Part shown: positions 48,445 to 61,986 of the stretch, in pieces | How the letters are laid out: each line of letters opens with the position of its first letter | Numbering within the stretch: the first letter of the stretch is position 1 | Source: Anthoceros angustus | Taxonomy: Eukaryota > Plantae > Anthocerotophyta | NCBI GenBank assembly: GCA_010909165.1 | Contig: VJWM01000238.1 | Location: 1 to 64,000 of the forward strand | Reading direction: 5' to 3' | Length of the DNA: 64,000 bases | The notes under the pieces: generated by a model | What the model was told of the DNA's origin: nothing | What the model saw: the letters and a program-made list of their open reading frames with translations, nothing else | Database searches by the model: none | Made by a program: the position numbers and the translations under genes

Positions 48445-48470
48445 CCCTAAACCCTAAACCCTAAACCCTA
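48445..48470 (+). repeat. Interstitial plant telomere-type repeat (CCCTAAA)3 plus CCCTA
   Basis: ccctaaaccctaaaccctaaacccta. Confidence 0.85.
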
Positions 48471-50360
48471 GCATCCGCAGTTGCCGTTGGGGCTCCTACT
48501 ATAATGGCCGGGACATCTACGGGACCCGTGTCCAAGAGCAAATTAAAGCGGGAGAAGTTTAAGCAGAAGACTGTGGCTAATGCTAGTAAGGTACCGCACT
48601 GGAAACTGCTACGGCTGCTCTTACAACGCAGTTGGGTACAATTACTGCTAGTTTGGCAGCCAAGCCTGCTGGAGGAGCTTCGCTCGTGGTTTCTGAAGAT
48701 AAACTTGCAGGAGTTGTGGTTTGTGACCCTTCTGGTGAGCATGCACGTGTGGGAGAAGATTATGGAGATCCTTATCATGTTTGCATGGCTCACAAGATGG
48801 CTGAGACAAAGGAAATTCTGGCGCGGGAGCACGCTATGCACACTTCTGGTATGCTGACAGACTTACCTTGCTCTTGGTTAGGTCAGGAGTTTTGATAGCA
48901 CACCAAGGACTAAAGTTATGTGGTGAACATAGCATTGGACATTCAGATGGTCATGTATGTCCATGCTGCTGGCCCGAAGGGAAGGGATGATGGCTAAATC
49001 TATTCCAGCACATGCCACAGTGTTCATGCTCCGTGGCCAGTGGCCCAGGTCACAACAAATTTCCTTCCACCATGTACATGGTGGAGAACTTACTGAGTGG
49101 CAGCGAGGCAAGCACGCTCGTTCAAGCATGCCTCAGGCTCACTTCCCGCATGCCTTTTCAAGGCTGCCGGCCGATGGCAGTACTCAGCACCTGCAGCTGG
49201 GCTTCTAACCACCCCTTCTCCACATCCTCCGATAGGAAACTTAGGGTTCCTGCATTCGTCCCATCTCATAATTCAGAAGAAGAGCCTGTTCTGAAATTCG
49301 GCGAGATCCACGCCTGTGAGGCGTGGGTGAGCGTGATTCCGGCCACGAATTTCAGAGCTTGGTGTACACTTTGGAACCATGGCAACTGCTGCATCAACAA
49401 GCTCGGGTGTAGGCTCGGATAAAGACCAAGAACCCAGTGTAGAGCATAACCCGCAGCTAGCTAGGGCTTCGTCCCGCTACACAGGAGGCCAAATTTGTGT
49501 TTTCTACACGCCATCTCATTTCAGCTAATGAGTTGTCCAAATGCTTGTATGTGGGGAGCTCATGACCTAGGGAAGCTCCCCTACCTACTTTTGAACAAGA
49601 CAAATTCTGCAAGCTCCATATCGTTTTAGCCACCAACGTGAATAACTTTGTTTTGGTAGGCAGTGAATTCAGAGACTTAATAAATATTTCAAAGTATACA
49701 TTGAAGTCTGCATGGATGCAAGGCACTCAATCGCCTTAATGCACGTTAACTCTACTATACACAATGTATTAAGCGCAATTCTTGCCTTGATGGTGTGTCA
49801 TATCTAGTTATTAGCAAATGGTATTAGGATCACTTTATAAACAAACACTCGCATATATTATACATCCTCCAAATCCATTGTATCACTAGCATCACAAAGT
49901 GAGCAAATTAAACTTAACAATCTGCACCATCCAATCCTAACATAATCGCTCAAAGATCTCTCTCGATTCATTGCCTCTATTTGAGGTTATTATATAGCTC
50001 AAAATACCCATTTTAAATAGTTCCAGTTGTTATTCAGAGTAGACTATCTATTCTATGCTAGAATTATGTAGCTAGTTATCGGATAACTCAAGAGGACAAC
50101 TGGATAAGTCTTATCATATTCACTTATTATTAAGTAAACAAAGTACCTTAAATATATCATGAATAAGTAAAGTGCCTAAAATATATCATAAAATGATCAC
50201 GTGAATAAATAAATTCAGTAAAAAAAACTGTAAATTCAATAAATTGTAAGGTTTTATGTGGCTGCGGCCCGGCGTGGTCCTATCTACGTCTACGGCAGTG
50301 GGGCTGTTGCTGACTACAACTAACTCCTGATGCTGGCAGCCCAATTCCCAGCTCTAGCGC

Positions 50361-51651
50361 CTAAGGAGCGCCCAATCGGATTATCCTTGACCCCCGGAGT
50401 CCCGCGGAGGCCATGCCCCTACCTCTAACTCTGCCAGGCTGCGCCACTGGGGGTGGACTAACAACGGCTGTTACTATTAAGTCTTCCTTCTCGCTGTCCC
50501 CTGGTGCGCTGGTGAGACCCCGTCCCTCAGGTCTGTCCGGGGTCCGTTCGTCTTGGGTTGGTCGAGCCTGACCCCCGACCAAGTCCGCCCCCAGCACTGG
50601 AGGTTGGACTTCTGAGTCTGCCCTTACCTCCAGAGTCCGGACCACTGGGTTCGTCCCCTCCTCCGAAGTCCGGACCATTGGGTCCGTCTCCTCCTCCTGA
50701 GTCCGGACCTCTGGGTCCGTCTCCTCCTCCGGAGTCCGGACCACTGGGTTTATCTCCTCCTCTCGAGTCCGGACCACTAGGTCCGTCCTCTTCTCCGGAG
50801 TCCGGTCTATTGGAACCGGACCCTCCTCAGGCATCCGAACTTCCAAGTCCGGAGCCGCCCCTGGTGTCTTGACTTCCACACCCGGACATGCCTCCTGGGA
50901 TCCCCCATCCCCTTGCGCCATCTCCTCCTCTCTCTCCGGCCTTCCCTCCTCTGGAGCACTTCCCTCTACACCCCCCATGCTAGGCGCTGGGTGTAGCGGA
51001 CCTATCTCTTGCTCCATCGCGCCGCCTCCGCCTGCCTTCTCCGGCCGCCTCCCATCTGCCTCCTCGCCGCCTCCCCCAAACAGGCGCCCAAATTCTCGCA
51101 GCCTCCTAGACCTTCTTCTCTCCAGGTCCCTTCCGACTCCTCTGGTGGCCCTACAATCTCAGCAGCTTGGTGGACTGCCCCCACCGCTCTCAAGAGCTCC
51201 GCGTGGTAGTACGTGAAGTCCGAGTCGATCTGCTGGATGGCCTCTTCTACGTGGGCTCGAAGCACTCTGTATTCCCGTCTCTAGAGGGTCTCTGCTAGTC
51301 GGGCGTGCCTGGTCGCTTGTTGAGCCGTTCCCGCGCGAGGTCATCTAGCCTAGCTCTGATAGCATCTCGGGAAGCCGCTAGGGAGGTTTCTGCCAGCTCC
51401 TAAAGCCGCTGCTTCTTGTTGGCTCACTCTGTCTCCTGGTCCCTTCGCAGAGCGGCCAACTGTTTTGCCAAGGATTGGGCTTCTCCTTCCGCCTTTCGCA
51501 GACGGACCAGCAACTTCTGCTCCTCTTTCTGCCAGTGTTCTTGATCCGCCACCTTCTGGCTCAGGACCGCCATGTCCTCCTCCAACCGACCTGGGTTTTC
51601 GACCAAACGTTTGGCATCGGCTAATTCTCTCTCAAGCTCTGCGACATCCAA
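50361..51651 (-). pseudogene. Coiled-coil plus decapeptide-repeat ORF remnant, likely LTR-retrotransposon accessory ORF
   Basis: Heptad-like charged N-terminal part (ELERELADAKRL...), then 30-bp repeats encoding (P)VVRTPEEET(D) about 6 times at 50630-50810. Interrupted by stops. Confidence 0.45.
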
Positions 51652-52440
51652 GGGATCTCCCTATGATGTCTTATGTTAGATAGAATCACCCCATCTCTTC
51701 TCTCGCATAAAGTGACCCCATGCCATTAAGCAATGTTAAGCTCTGTCATCGCCAAATTTATTTCATTCCAGTCACCTTTATTCCAATGGAAAAAATCTAT
51801 CTAGAGGATTATCGTTTGTCATTTGGTGTTATGTCTTTTATTTTTAGCTGGTTAATTTGAATGTGGATCCTTGTTCTTGCTTCTTGGGACGGAGCCTAAC
51901 CGTCGGCAAAGCTTAACAAGCTGCCCTATTCGCTTACATGGCTTGGCCAATTCCAAGCCGTGTACCATTTGATGGTTCAAACAACCAAATATATATGTGT
52001 GCCATGTGATATATTTATATGAAGAAAGATGAAAATAATATATACTACCTATGTATACAAGGTAGGGAATACACGATAGTAAGGCCTTTGAAATGAATTT
52101 GCGTCCTCCATATCAAACTTTTGAGATGAAATTTTACACAGTGCACACTCGTTTTTGTTACAAAAGCCTCTCAGATTATGCGTCTCGTCCTCCTCCTCCT
52201 TAAGACTTAAAAGCCTTGAGCACAGTGCACTCAAGTTTCAGAGGCCCCGCCTGAACCCTATCCGGGGCATGGTAACCATAGTTAATGGCCAATCGAAAGA
52301 GGCATCTGTGTGGAAACAGCGTTGTTGTCCTCGCTGGTGGTGACACAGGAGCGGGGCGGTCAGTGGGAGGATGTGTTTCCGGAGGGCCATGACTGCAGCA
52401 AGCCAGAGCGAAAAGCACAAGTAGCAACTGATTTGGCTGT

Positions 52441-55400
52441 ATGGGCGGTCCCGAAGTCAAGCCACAGCTGAGCGGCCTTTGTCCTGAAGTCCCTTCTCCA
52501 TTCTCCGTTGCATCAACTGTGGACGAGCTAAGATGGGGCAAGGCTGAGGCCTGGACTGCACAGCTCCTGACGTGCATCCAGCCCAGCAAGCATTCCGATG
52601 ATCATCGCAGAGCCATCGTGTTGTACGTCCAAGAGCTGATACAGACTCAGATTGGCAATGAGGTGTGTTTTTCTCCCTTGTTAGCACTTGTCTCGGCCAG
52701 TTTGAGCGAGTTAGGTCGCCTCAGTATGGGATAGCTGGACTGTCGGAACGTGCTAATTTGTGTGAATGGCAAGGGCTGAATGGTTGAGGAGCTTACTCGC
52801 CGCGGCGGCCGGTTCTGCCATGTCTCCGCAGGTACATTTCCGCATCGAGAAGTTCGGTTCGGTCCCTTTGAGGACGTACTTGCCGGACGGAGATATCGAC
52901 CTGACAATACTGAGCCCGGACGAGCTGTTGAAGGACAGATGGGTTTCTGAAGTGTGCTCGGCTCTGAAGAAGGGAAAGTCAAGTAGAGAATTCCGTGTTA
53001 GAGATCCCCAGACCATTGATGCTGAGGTTTGGACATGAGCACGTCCTGGCCAGGCACATCTGTTTGAAATTTTAAGAAGCCGTGTAGGATATGCGGGGAT
53101 GCGTGGTTATATTTCATACGTAGTTTCTAATCTGTTTATATGGAACAGGTGAAAGTGGTGAAGTGTATTGTTGACAATGTCACAGTGGACATATCGTTCA
53201 ACCAGCGTGGTGGACTTTGCAGCCTTCGCTTTCTTGAAGACGTAAGGCTAGATTATGTCACAAAGTCTTGAGTTGTGTCTTGGCGTAGTCATCTTTGCTC
53301 ATGTGGCATTGGCTCACAGATTGACAGTAAGATTGGGCGAAATCACTTGTTCAAGCGTAGCATCATTATTGTGAAAGCATGGTGTTATTACGAGAGCCGC
53401 TTGCTTGGAGCCAACTGCGGCCTGATCGCCACCTATGCTTTGGAGGTCATGGTTTTGTACATATTTCATGTCTTCAATTCTACCCTAAGTGGGCCTTTAG
53501 AGGTAATAAAGGTTGGATGAACCTTCTGGGTGTTTTCACTGTCTTTGTCTCTCCATTAGTGTATGTTTTTAGCCGGTATGGTCTCTCAAGTTCCGGTGGT
53601 GTTGCAGGTTTTACTCAAGTTTTTGGAATTCTTCAGCAGTTTCAATTGGGATCAATATTGCCTTAGCCTTTCAGGCCCGATCCCCTTGTGCTCAGTTGCA
53701 GAGTCAGCTGGTAAGTTTCCTTGTGCTACTTGGTGGAACCTAGTTCTCTTGCGCTACCTAGTGAAACTTTGAGTTGTCTCACATACGAGTACGTGTGTTG
53801 CGTTGGTACTGCGCTTCGAATGCCTCACAGCAGCAGAACCAGCCCGTCTGGATGGAGGCAAGGTCCTGTTTAGCGAGGCTTTTCTGCAGATGTGTACCAA
53901 GAAATATGCGGTTGACCCCATTTCTAATGGAAACAATGGGCAAAAATTCAGCCCCAAAACCATGAACATTGTTGATCCTCTACTGCACCACAACAACCTT
54001 GGACGTAGCATCAACAAAGGTGATGCACGGTCTCCCTGCTACTCATGGGATGCATGATGAGAACTGTAATTTGTAGTTGTCAATATAAGGCTCAGAGGAG
54101 ATTTGCGTATCCCTTCATGAAACAACTAAGACCCAGGGGTGCAATATTTTCTTCAGGTAGTGCCGGCAGGATTCGCTACGCTTTGGGCCTTGGATCTCGC
54201 AGTCTTCGGGGCATCATGAACAGTTCCAGGGGCAACCTTAATGACGAACTCAAGAGGTTTTTTCGCACGACATGGCAGAGGGTTGGATGTCCCGAGACTG
54301 CCGTGCCATCCTCATTTCTGGACCACACAGAAAGTTCAAGGGATCTCACCGAGCAAGTATGCCCTCCAAGTTTACATGGGGCGAAAGGTGATTACTAGAG
54401 TCCTGGAGCTTCTTATGCACAGAGTTCTGGACTGGTTGTGGCAGATGCCTGCCATGCAATCTAGTTTTGCTAGCCGGTCATTGTTCCCTTGCATTCCTTA
54501 TTGGAGCAAGTCTGGCAAAAGTCCTGAATTTCAATGCTGTTTTGAGCGCTCAAGTGTGCATTAGAGGAGCTTATTTCTCTCACGAGCTGGAGAAAAAGAG
54601 GGATTTGACCTTGCAGTTTTTTCTGCATTTGCCAGATGGTACAAATTATATATAAGAAGCGCAAATCATCAGGGGGAACAGTATGATGTAATTTTTACAG
54701 GATTGGCTGATGATACCTTTTTCGCCTTAGACCTGAATGCATACACTAAAAGTGCTCAGCAGAAGAAGCAAAATAGGATGTTTAATCATAAAGAGTGGCC
54801 TGGGCTGCTGTGTGTTATTGGTGTTCAGGAGCGATGGCACAGGGATATGTGAAGGCCAGAAGTCTCAGTAATGGAGAATTTCAAAGGGTCAGAGAGAAGC
54901 TGTCAAAAGCAGCAGTGGAACCAAAGATTTCCTTGCAGAAGGTGGGTCCTTCATTCTTTGCTTGGACAAATGCTCCAAACATCATATCATGAATGTCCCT
55001 CAAAACTGTTCTCTGTTATCAATTTGCTGCTTCCACTAGATTCTTTCTTTTCTTTAGAAATTTGCACGCCTGAAACATCTGGTTTGCCTATACTGCTGTA
55101 CACTTGGATCATTTCCGGCTTGGGATCTCATGTCTACAGGCTTTCTTGTGTGCAGATTTCTCCAGGTACATCAGTGTCGTATTCTCATTTGCCTACAGAC
55201 ATAGCTCCTGCCAGATTTGGGGTGTCTCCACCACTCACTGCATCTGGAGTCAAAGATAACTTCCCTTCATTCTACACAACATTGCAAGAAAACAGTGCAA
55301 TCAAGACTAATGTGTCTGTTGCCCCGCTGCCTAACGAGGCTCAAAAACGTGAGGTGCCTGTATCAGCTGGTGCAAGAGGTCAGCTAGCTGCATCGGTATA

Positions 55401-56075
55401 GTTGGCCCCACTACCTTTCCCTGCAGGCTTAAGGAACTTGTTGAGGCATTGTTCTGCTGCTTCCAGGAATCTCGGTAGGTTTGGCTTTTTTTACAGAAAA
55501 TGTTTGTTTTGTGCCAGGTTGGTTCTTCTGTACGGTATATTAGGATATCTCAGAAACTGGCTGGAGCTGAACGAAAAACATCAACAGGAAATACTGTGGA
55601 GGCAGTGGAGGAAAATAATTTGGAGGTTAGGGGTGTTGACGTTCATGGTTCAAGTTTTCTTGCTGCAGGGGGGGAATTCCAACACCCTCCATACTCGCAG
55701 ACAAAGGTCAAGGACCTCTCTTGTTGGACTCCAGGTGGCCAACTTGCCTATCCATATTTTGGCCCTGTTGCTTTTGAAACCCCTTTTAGCTCCTTGCCTT
55801 CTACTCCTGCAGCCGTCGCTGTAAGTAGTACGCCGTCCATGGATGCCGGTTCCAGGAGGGCAGCCTCTGATTGCTCACAGTTGACGGCAGGAGCAATGCT
55901 GCTTAGACATGCCTCCTTTCCCCCTCACTATTTGGAGAATGTCGAAGTTGGTACAGCAAGCAGACCGCTAAGGCTTTCTACAAATTCTTGTTTTGGGCTT
56001 CAATGTACGTATGAGGCTCAATATAGAGCCACGGAGGACGTCAAAGGCACTGTTCTCAAAGCTGGTGACACATAA
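52441..56075 (+). CDS. Plant nucleotidyltransferase with PAP/OAS1 substrate-binding domain (Pol beta superfamily), spliced
   Basis: Exons 52441-52662, 52832-53026, 53149-53241, 53320-53502, 53608-53710, 53831-54019 and 54157-about 54390 join in frame via GT-AG. Motifs FGSVPLRTYLPDGDIDL, VDISFNQ, KAWCYYESR, NIVDPL..NNLGRS. C-terminal exons and the stop are uncertain (may extend to about 56.8 kb). Confidence 0.88.
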
Positions 56076-57948
56076 GGTACTGGCTTGGGAATGGATTTCC
56101 TTGCTGATTTCTGCATTGACCGAGAGTTGTGTGGAAGATCCAAGTCCAGAGATGTATAGCTCTGATTCCAAGTACCATCCTCATAACCTCAAGAATTGGT
56201 GCTGTCTGAAAATGCAAGAGTATGTGCGAGGAAGTCAAGCAGGGGGATTGCATGGCAGACCAATGTGTAGTAAGCTGGGTTTTCTATTCAGGTTGTCGAT
56301 CTTTGCCTTTATTGTTATCGCCTGTGCGTCAGGGGAGCGCAAGAGTTTCTGGCTAGCACAAGCTGAGATAATAGTTAGTCATTATCCGGCATAGAACCTG
56401 CACAAGTGCGAGAGAGACTGGAGGTATGGTACTTCCCCTCACAAATCAGGAGCTTCTGGAGCTACTGTTTTTTTTTGAGTGCGTGGCTGGGCACTGAACG
56501 AGCTGCTGTTTCACCTCAGGGTCAAGTTCTCTGATGCACTTTTCTTGCAGAGGCAGTTTTGGTCCTTGTCACCTTAGTTGTTCAACGGAGAGTTCGGACA
56601 AATGGACAGTGGCAAGTTAGCAGTCAGTGGAAGGCACTTAAGGGATGTAAATGACCATGAGCCGTCCGATGCTGTTGGAAGATGCTGTTATGGAATCCGG
56701 CCCAGATCCCCCCAGATGTGTACCTGGTGTAGATTAGGGAGAAGGAATGCGATTTGTGAAGAGGGTAGGTTGACAGGCGTGGTCACAGGCCTGCCTGTTG
56801 GTGGGTGTACGTAGTGGCTGAAATAAGAAAAGCCGCAGCGATAGGAATGCTGTAGAGTCACTTCCGCAATGCAGGGAAAATGTGAAATTGATTACTGGCC
56901 TGCAGACTGCGTCTTCATTCAAGGGTCATTCAAACCTGAAATTTCTCCTGAAATTTAGAGGGCAGCAGTAGATCTAGCACGAGACAAGATCTTGTCTGGA
57001 CGGCTCAAGGAACGCATCTGTATAACAGTCATACTGGTATACCCCCTTTGCACAAGGAATGCTCGTAGAATCGCCAAGGGCAAGTGCGTGTGACAGATTA
57101 TCACAATTCGTAGGACCTGTCAGCAATCCAGCAATCTAATACCCACGAACCCGAATGATAATCTAAGACAGCTTACCTGAACTCTCTAATTTCCTTATCA
57201 ATTTTTTTAATCCATACCTACCAATTGAAGTGTTTCCCTGACCAGGAGTCAGGACCTTAAGCCCAGAACGCCTAAGCGGGTTTTCCAGCTTGATTTTTTA
57301 ATTAAGCGTTATTAAGTGAATTGATTCTAGAAAATATTTAGTGAGTATTCTGCGGCACAATTATCAAGCCGACATGCTCTCATTCCATGTGCTCTAAAAA
57401 CGCGTTGGGATCGATAGCTTGCATCAATGTTTTTCGAAGTGCTTGACCCGTGCCATGAAAGAGAACCATGGAATTTTTTTTTTTGAAGTGCTTGATCCGT
57501 GCCATGAAAGAGAACCATGAAAAAGAACACGGGATGGAGCATGTTCAGGTCGTTACAACAAATGGGTTCACATAAGTTTGAGCAAAATTTATTCCAAGCA
57601 GACCAGAAGGTGATGCAAAAAATCAGAAATCTCAACCAAGCCTCCGACTATCTTCTACTAACTTTCCAAGCAAAAAATGACCATCATGTCAAAGCTTATG
57701 ACTCTCATAGACACGAAATTAGAATACTCTTGTTTTATTTATCAACTTTTATAGTATTTTGTATCTTGCTCTTCGAAAGACATTGACATGGATGATATTT
57801 TCATTTGCTATCTTTTATTTGTATTGTGTATCTTGCTCTTCAAAGGCCTTGACATCCACGGCTACGGGTCCAAGTTCCAACTCAGTAGGGGTGGGCTTGT
57901 TGGTCTAAACAACATCAGGGTGTCAACATTATACCAGCTATTGAAACC

Positions 57949-59063
57949 GGCTGAAGCTAAAGATCAGCTGGCCAGACGCGGGCCCCGCCACCACCATGGC
58001 ATGGTGAGCCATGCCCCTTAACCTCTCTCTCTTCCACTCTGTCCCCTGCCCATACGATTCTTTCCCCCCGCGTACATCACAGAATACGGCCTGTGAGCTC
58101 ACAGCTTGCCCGTGCCCATCTCCAGCACGGCCTCCATCTTCACGGCCTACTTACATACATTTAGTTGTGCCTCCGTCCGTAAAATCCCCGTCCATAGCGC
58201 GCTCACACCCGCGACGGGGGAGCTCAAGCCTTGTTCATCGCCCCTCGCACCTCGCTCCTCCCACGCCGGCCTGAGCTCACCCCGCGACGATTGCTTGTCC
58301 ACCCCCCGTCGCAAACACGGCATGAGCTGACACCCGCGACGGGGAAGGTCAAGCCCTGTTCTCGGCGATGGTCTGAGCCATCATCGCCAGACCTTAGGGG
58401 CTGCTTTGAAGTGGTGGAGCTTACAAGGCGCAAGTGGTCCGAGGCTTGCAAGAGATATGGTGCAGCTGCGCAGCACGTTTCTGGTGGAGGAGGTGGCACA
58501 CAATTTGCACATTCAAATGCGTGACCTCCTTTTCGCTGACCTATGACCATCCTTCCCTTTCGTAACCGTGCTCGATGATTGTAGTGCAGTTGGCTGCTAA
58601 TTACCTAGGGCTTGCGGTCCATAACACACCTGTGAAAAACTAGACATCGTGAGATGCAGTAATGTGTTGAAATGCCTCACCAAAATGTCAAGCCATAGCG
58701 GGTAACTTTGCAAGCCGTGTCTGGCTTGGCCCTCTCTTTCGGCTTGGTCCTCCACTGACTAACATGGTCTGCCAGACGGCCCCACGGAATAAAAGCAAGA
58801 CGCATTTCCTTCCCCACACCTGGTGCAGAGCTATGCTTGTATGCTTCATTTTGTAATGAGGTTCAAGGTGACGGGAACCGGGTTTAGGGTTCAATAAATT
58901 AAGAAGCGAAATGCTGCCGGTAACCGTAACCGGTCATTACCAACTCATGTACGCGGCGAGGGCTCCTTATGCACAAGAGAGAGAACGGTTGAGAGAGGTA
59001 GGGTCATGGCTCACCATGCCATGGTGGTGGCGGGGCCCGCATCTGGCCAGCTGAGCTTCAACC
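57949..59063. mobile_element. Non-autonomous Mutator-like element (MULE/MITE), about 1.1 kb
   Basis: About 80 bp TIRs starting GG(C/T)TGAAGCT, with a 50-bp core showing one mismatch (57963-58012 vs 59006-59055). Flanked by 9-bp ATTGAAACC / ATTGAAACT duplication (57940-57948, 59064-59072). Confidence 0.8.
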
Positions 59064-59180
59064 ATTGAAACTGGACTGACTCTAGGGTTAGGGCTTCTCC
59101 TGCATCAATAAGTACTTTGCCTCCCATTCTTTCTTTCTCTTTCGCTGAGGTGTTGTGGTCGTGTCCGGTTGCTGGTCGCG

Positions 59181-60021
59181 ATGGGTATCGATTTGGTTGC
59201 CGGGGGCCGCAACAAGAAAACAAAGCGGACAGCTCCAAAGAGCGACAACCCCTATCTCAAGCTCCTTGTGAAGGTGAGCGAGGTTTCGAAGGTTCCAGTG
59301 TTCGTTTGATGTGCTGGATGGTGATAATGGAAGCCAATTTTGAGTATCGTTTGCCACAGCTCTACAGGTTTTTGGTGAGGCGGACAGAAAGTCCTTTCAA
59401 CAAGGTAATTCTGAAGCGGTTGTTCATGAGTAGAACGAACAGGCCTCCCATCTCTCTCTCTCGACTCGTGAGGTACACAACTGGCAAGGCAAGGTCACTT
59501 CTCATGTCCTCCATCTCGGGCTGTAGATGCTTATGTGAAATTTAGGGCATTGACAATGCACAGCTCCTTCATGACACCAAACCTGTGGCGTTCAGGAGGA
59601 CAAGATTGCCGTCGTAGTCGGGACAGTGACGGACGACGTCAGACTGTATGAGCTGCCTGCACTCAGGGTTGCGGCCCTACGTTTCACTGAAACAGCCCGA
59701 GCACGCATCCTGAAGGCTGGTGGGGAGGTGCTCACATTCGATCAGCTTGCCCTGAAGGCCCCAACTGGTTCCAATACTGTAAGTGTTTACAGTGGTGCTT
59801 GTCTTTCTGGGTGCGTTTGATTCAGTTGCTATCTCACTCGTTGAATACCGTTCTCGGCACAGCTTTTGTTGAGGGGTCCCAAGAATGCTCGCGAAGCAGT
59901 GAAGCACTTTGGAAGGGCACCTGGCGTGCCTCACAGTCACACGAAGCCTTATGTCCGGTCCAAGGGCAGGAAGTTTGAGAAGGCTCGTGGTCGCCGCAAC
60001 AGCAGAGGGTTCAAGGTGTAG
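59181..60021 (+). CDS. RPL18: 60S ribosomal protein L18 (eL18), 187 aa
   Basis: Exons 59181-59273, 59360-59488, 59596-59778, 59863-60021: [31 protein letters not shown]...[27 protein letters not shown]. Confidence 0.98.
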
Positions 60022-61986
60022 GCTGATTTTCGCGGAGGAATCTCTGGCGGCTGCAATCCATAGAGGCAAGGAGTCAATTCTTGTAGGGGTATTTTGTTAG
60101 TCCATTTGCGGGAGCTGTGGTGACCAGCCTATGTGGCTTATGGTTGAACCGTCAAGCGTCTGAATAACCTGCTGGTGTTTTTTATGAGAATCTTTTGCCT
60201 CGTTGACTCAATGTACTTTAGCTGCTCAGAGGTTCCGTGCGGTTTGCTAAGGGATCTCTTAGTTTCGTCTTTTTCCTAGCGAGCCCTGGCTTCTCTAGGC
60301 TCGGAGTTTTGGGTTTGCCATAATCGTTACTCTGGTAAGCTCAGCAAGCATTCTGAAGAATACTCAACAGTGGCTGTTTGGGATCTCGAATGACTGAAAC
60401 GTGCTCAGGTTGTCAGTGATGTGTTTTCGTCTGCCTTTTGTTCGTCTCTCCTAGGTTTTAGGAGGCTGGTCATCTTAGACGGGCCGTCACATTAGTGTGG
60501 AGTCGCTTGATTGTCTGAACGAGTGAATCTCGCGTAATGGGGGAACTCTTTTGAGGAGGAGTCTTTCGGAAGGTGATCCGAAGTATCCGTTTCATCCGGG
60601 ATCAGTGTGGTCTAGGCTCTCAGACCCGGTGCCCGGTTTCAGAGTCAGCTGGAATTGTTTGTGTGCCACTGCTGGGATCTAGATCACTGAATGAGCGTCT
60701 GGCTAGAATCATTATGTTGTCTCGTATCTGATGCACCTTGGCTCTCTTCCCTTCCGTATAGCGGTAATTTCCGTTTCCACAGAGGCCTCTCTGCAGGTGT
60801 CTACCAAGAAGTATGATGCCACTTGCAAGGGACTTCACGGGCTAACGCTCCGCCCCACGTCCATGAACGTTGCTGATCCTCTCCAGCTCTTCTACATCCT
60901 TAAATGGTGGAACTCGAAAGATGATGGAAGAGGTCATTACAAAATCTCTGGAGTTTGTCACTTGCAGAAACCTGCAATAGCGGTAGCAGATGGCATCCGT
61001 GAGTAAAGCGTTCCTAGCACGCGTCCAGGAGGTAGTCTGTCAAAGTACTGAATATCAATGGTGGTGTCTTCGTGCTGCAAAACGATTGTATCAATTTATG
61101 GCTCTGTATCTTGGGCGTTGCAAGAGAAGTTACATAAATGTCGTGTGGTATGGAGCATGTACTTCTAAGGCACCCCAGCTGCTTCTCAAGACTCAAGGAA
61201 ATGCGTCCATCCTTTGGCAACCATCAACTCAAGGGGAATTGTTCACGCGAATGAAAACTGTGGAAGGCTGCATGTCATGGAGGGAATGGACAAAGTGTCG
61301 AACGCTTGTCTGTGGCACTGTCTAGTAGTGTTGTGTCAAATTTGGGCGTCCCACAGTGCGCGCTGGGTTGACACCTACTCGCGACATTTTGTGCACCACG
61401 GAGATAGACAGGTGGAAACCTTCAGCCCGCTCGATTGGCTAGACAACGACCGTCACCCGACACACCGAACTTGCACAGAACAGTGGAGTGGACTGCTTTG
61501 TCATTTTCTGGGCTCAGGAAAATCCGTATGCCTCGTAACTGATTTAACTTAGTCCGCGCAGATCACTGCGGGCGGTTGTCTCGAGATTTGTACTCACCTT
61601 TTAAGAGATTCATGGTTCCAGACATTGGATTCTTAGAGAAAAATGAAAAGATTTTTCAAGGACGCCCAGCCAGTCATCTCGTACAACTTCGATCCATGGG
61701 TTGTTAGCAAACATAAACTTGGAGCTCGTGAGCAACCAGCCACCGACGATGGACGGGAGGTACCAATTGTCTTTATCATGTCTTTCCTATCTCTCTCGTT
61801 TGGCAGGTGAAGGCAGTGGGTACGTGTCCATGCCACTACAATCATGCAGGATGAGTTCCTGCCAGACTTTCTCCTCTCTCAGAGCCTGACATTCCAGGGT
61901 GAGGGATCTACCAAATCCTGTGAGCAAAAATGCCTTCTCAGGCTATGAATTGAGGGTCCAGCGTGCTCCGTGACAGAGAATCAACC

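Noticed and set aside
60600-61900. Short ORFs between RPL18 and the NPF gene
   Set aside because: No recognisable motifs or consistent splice structure.
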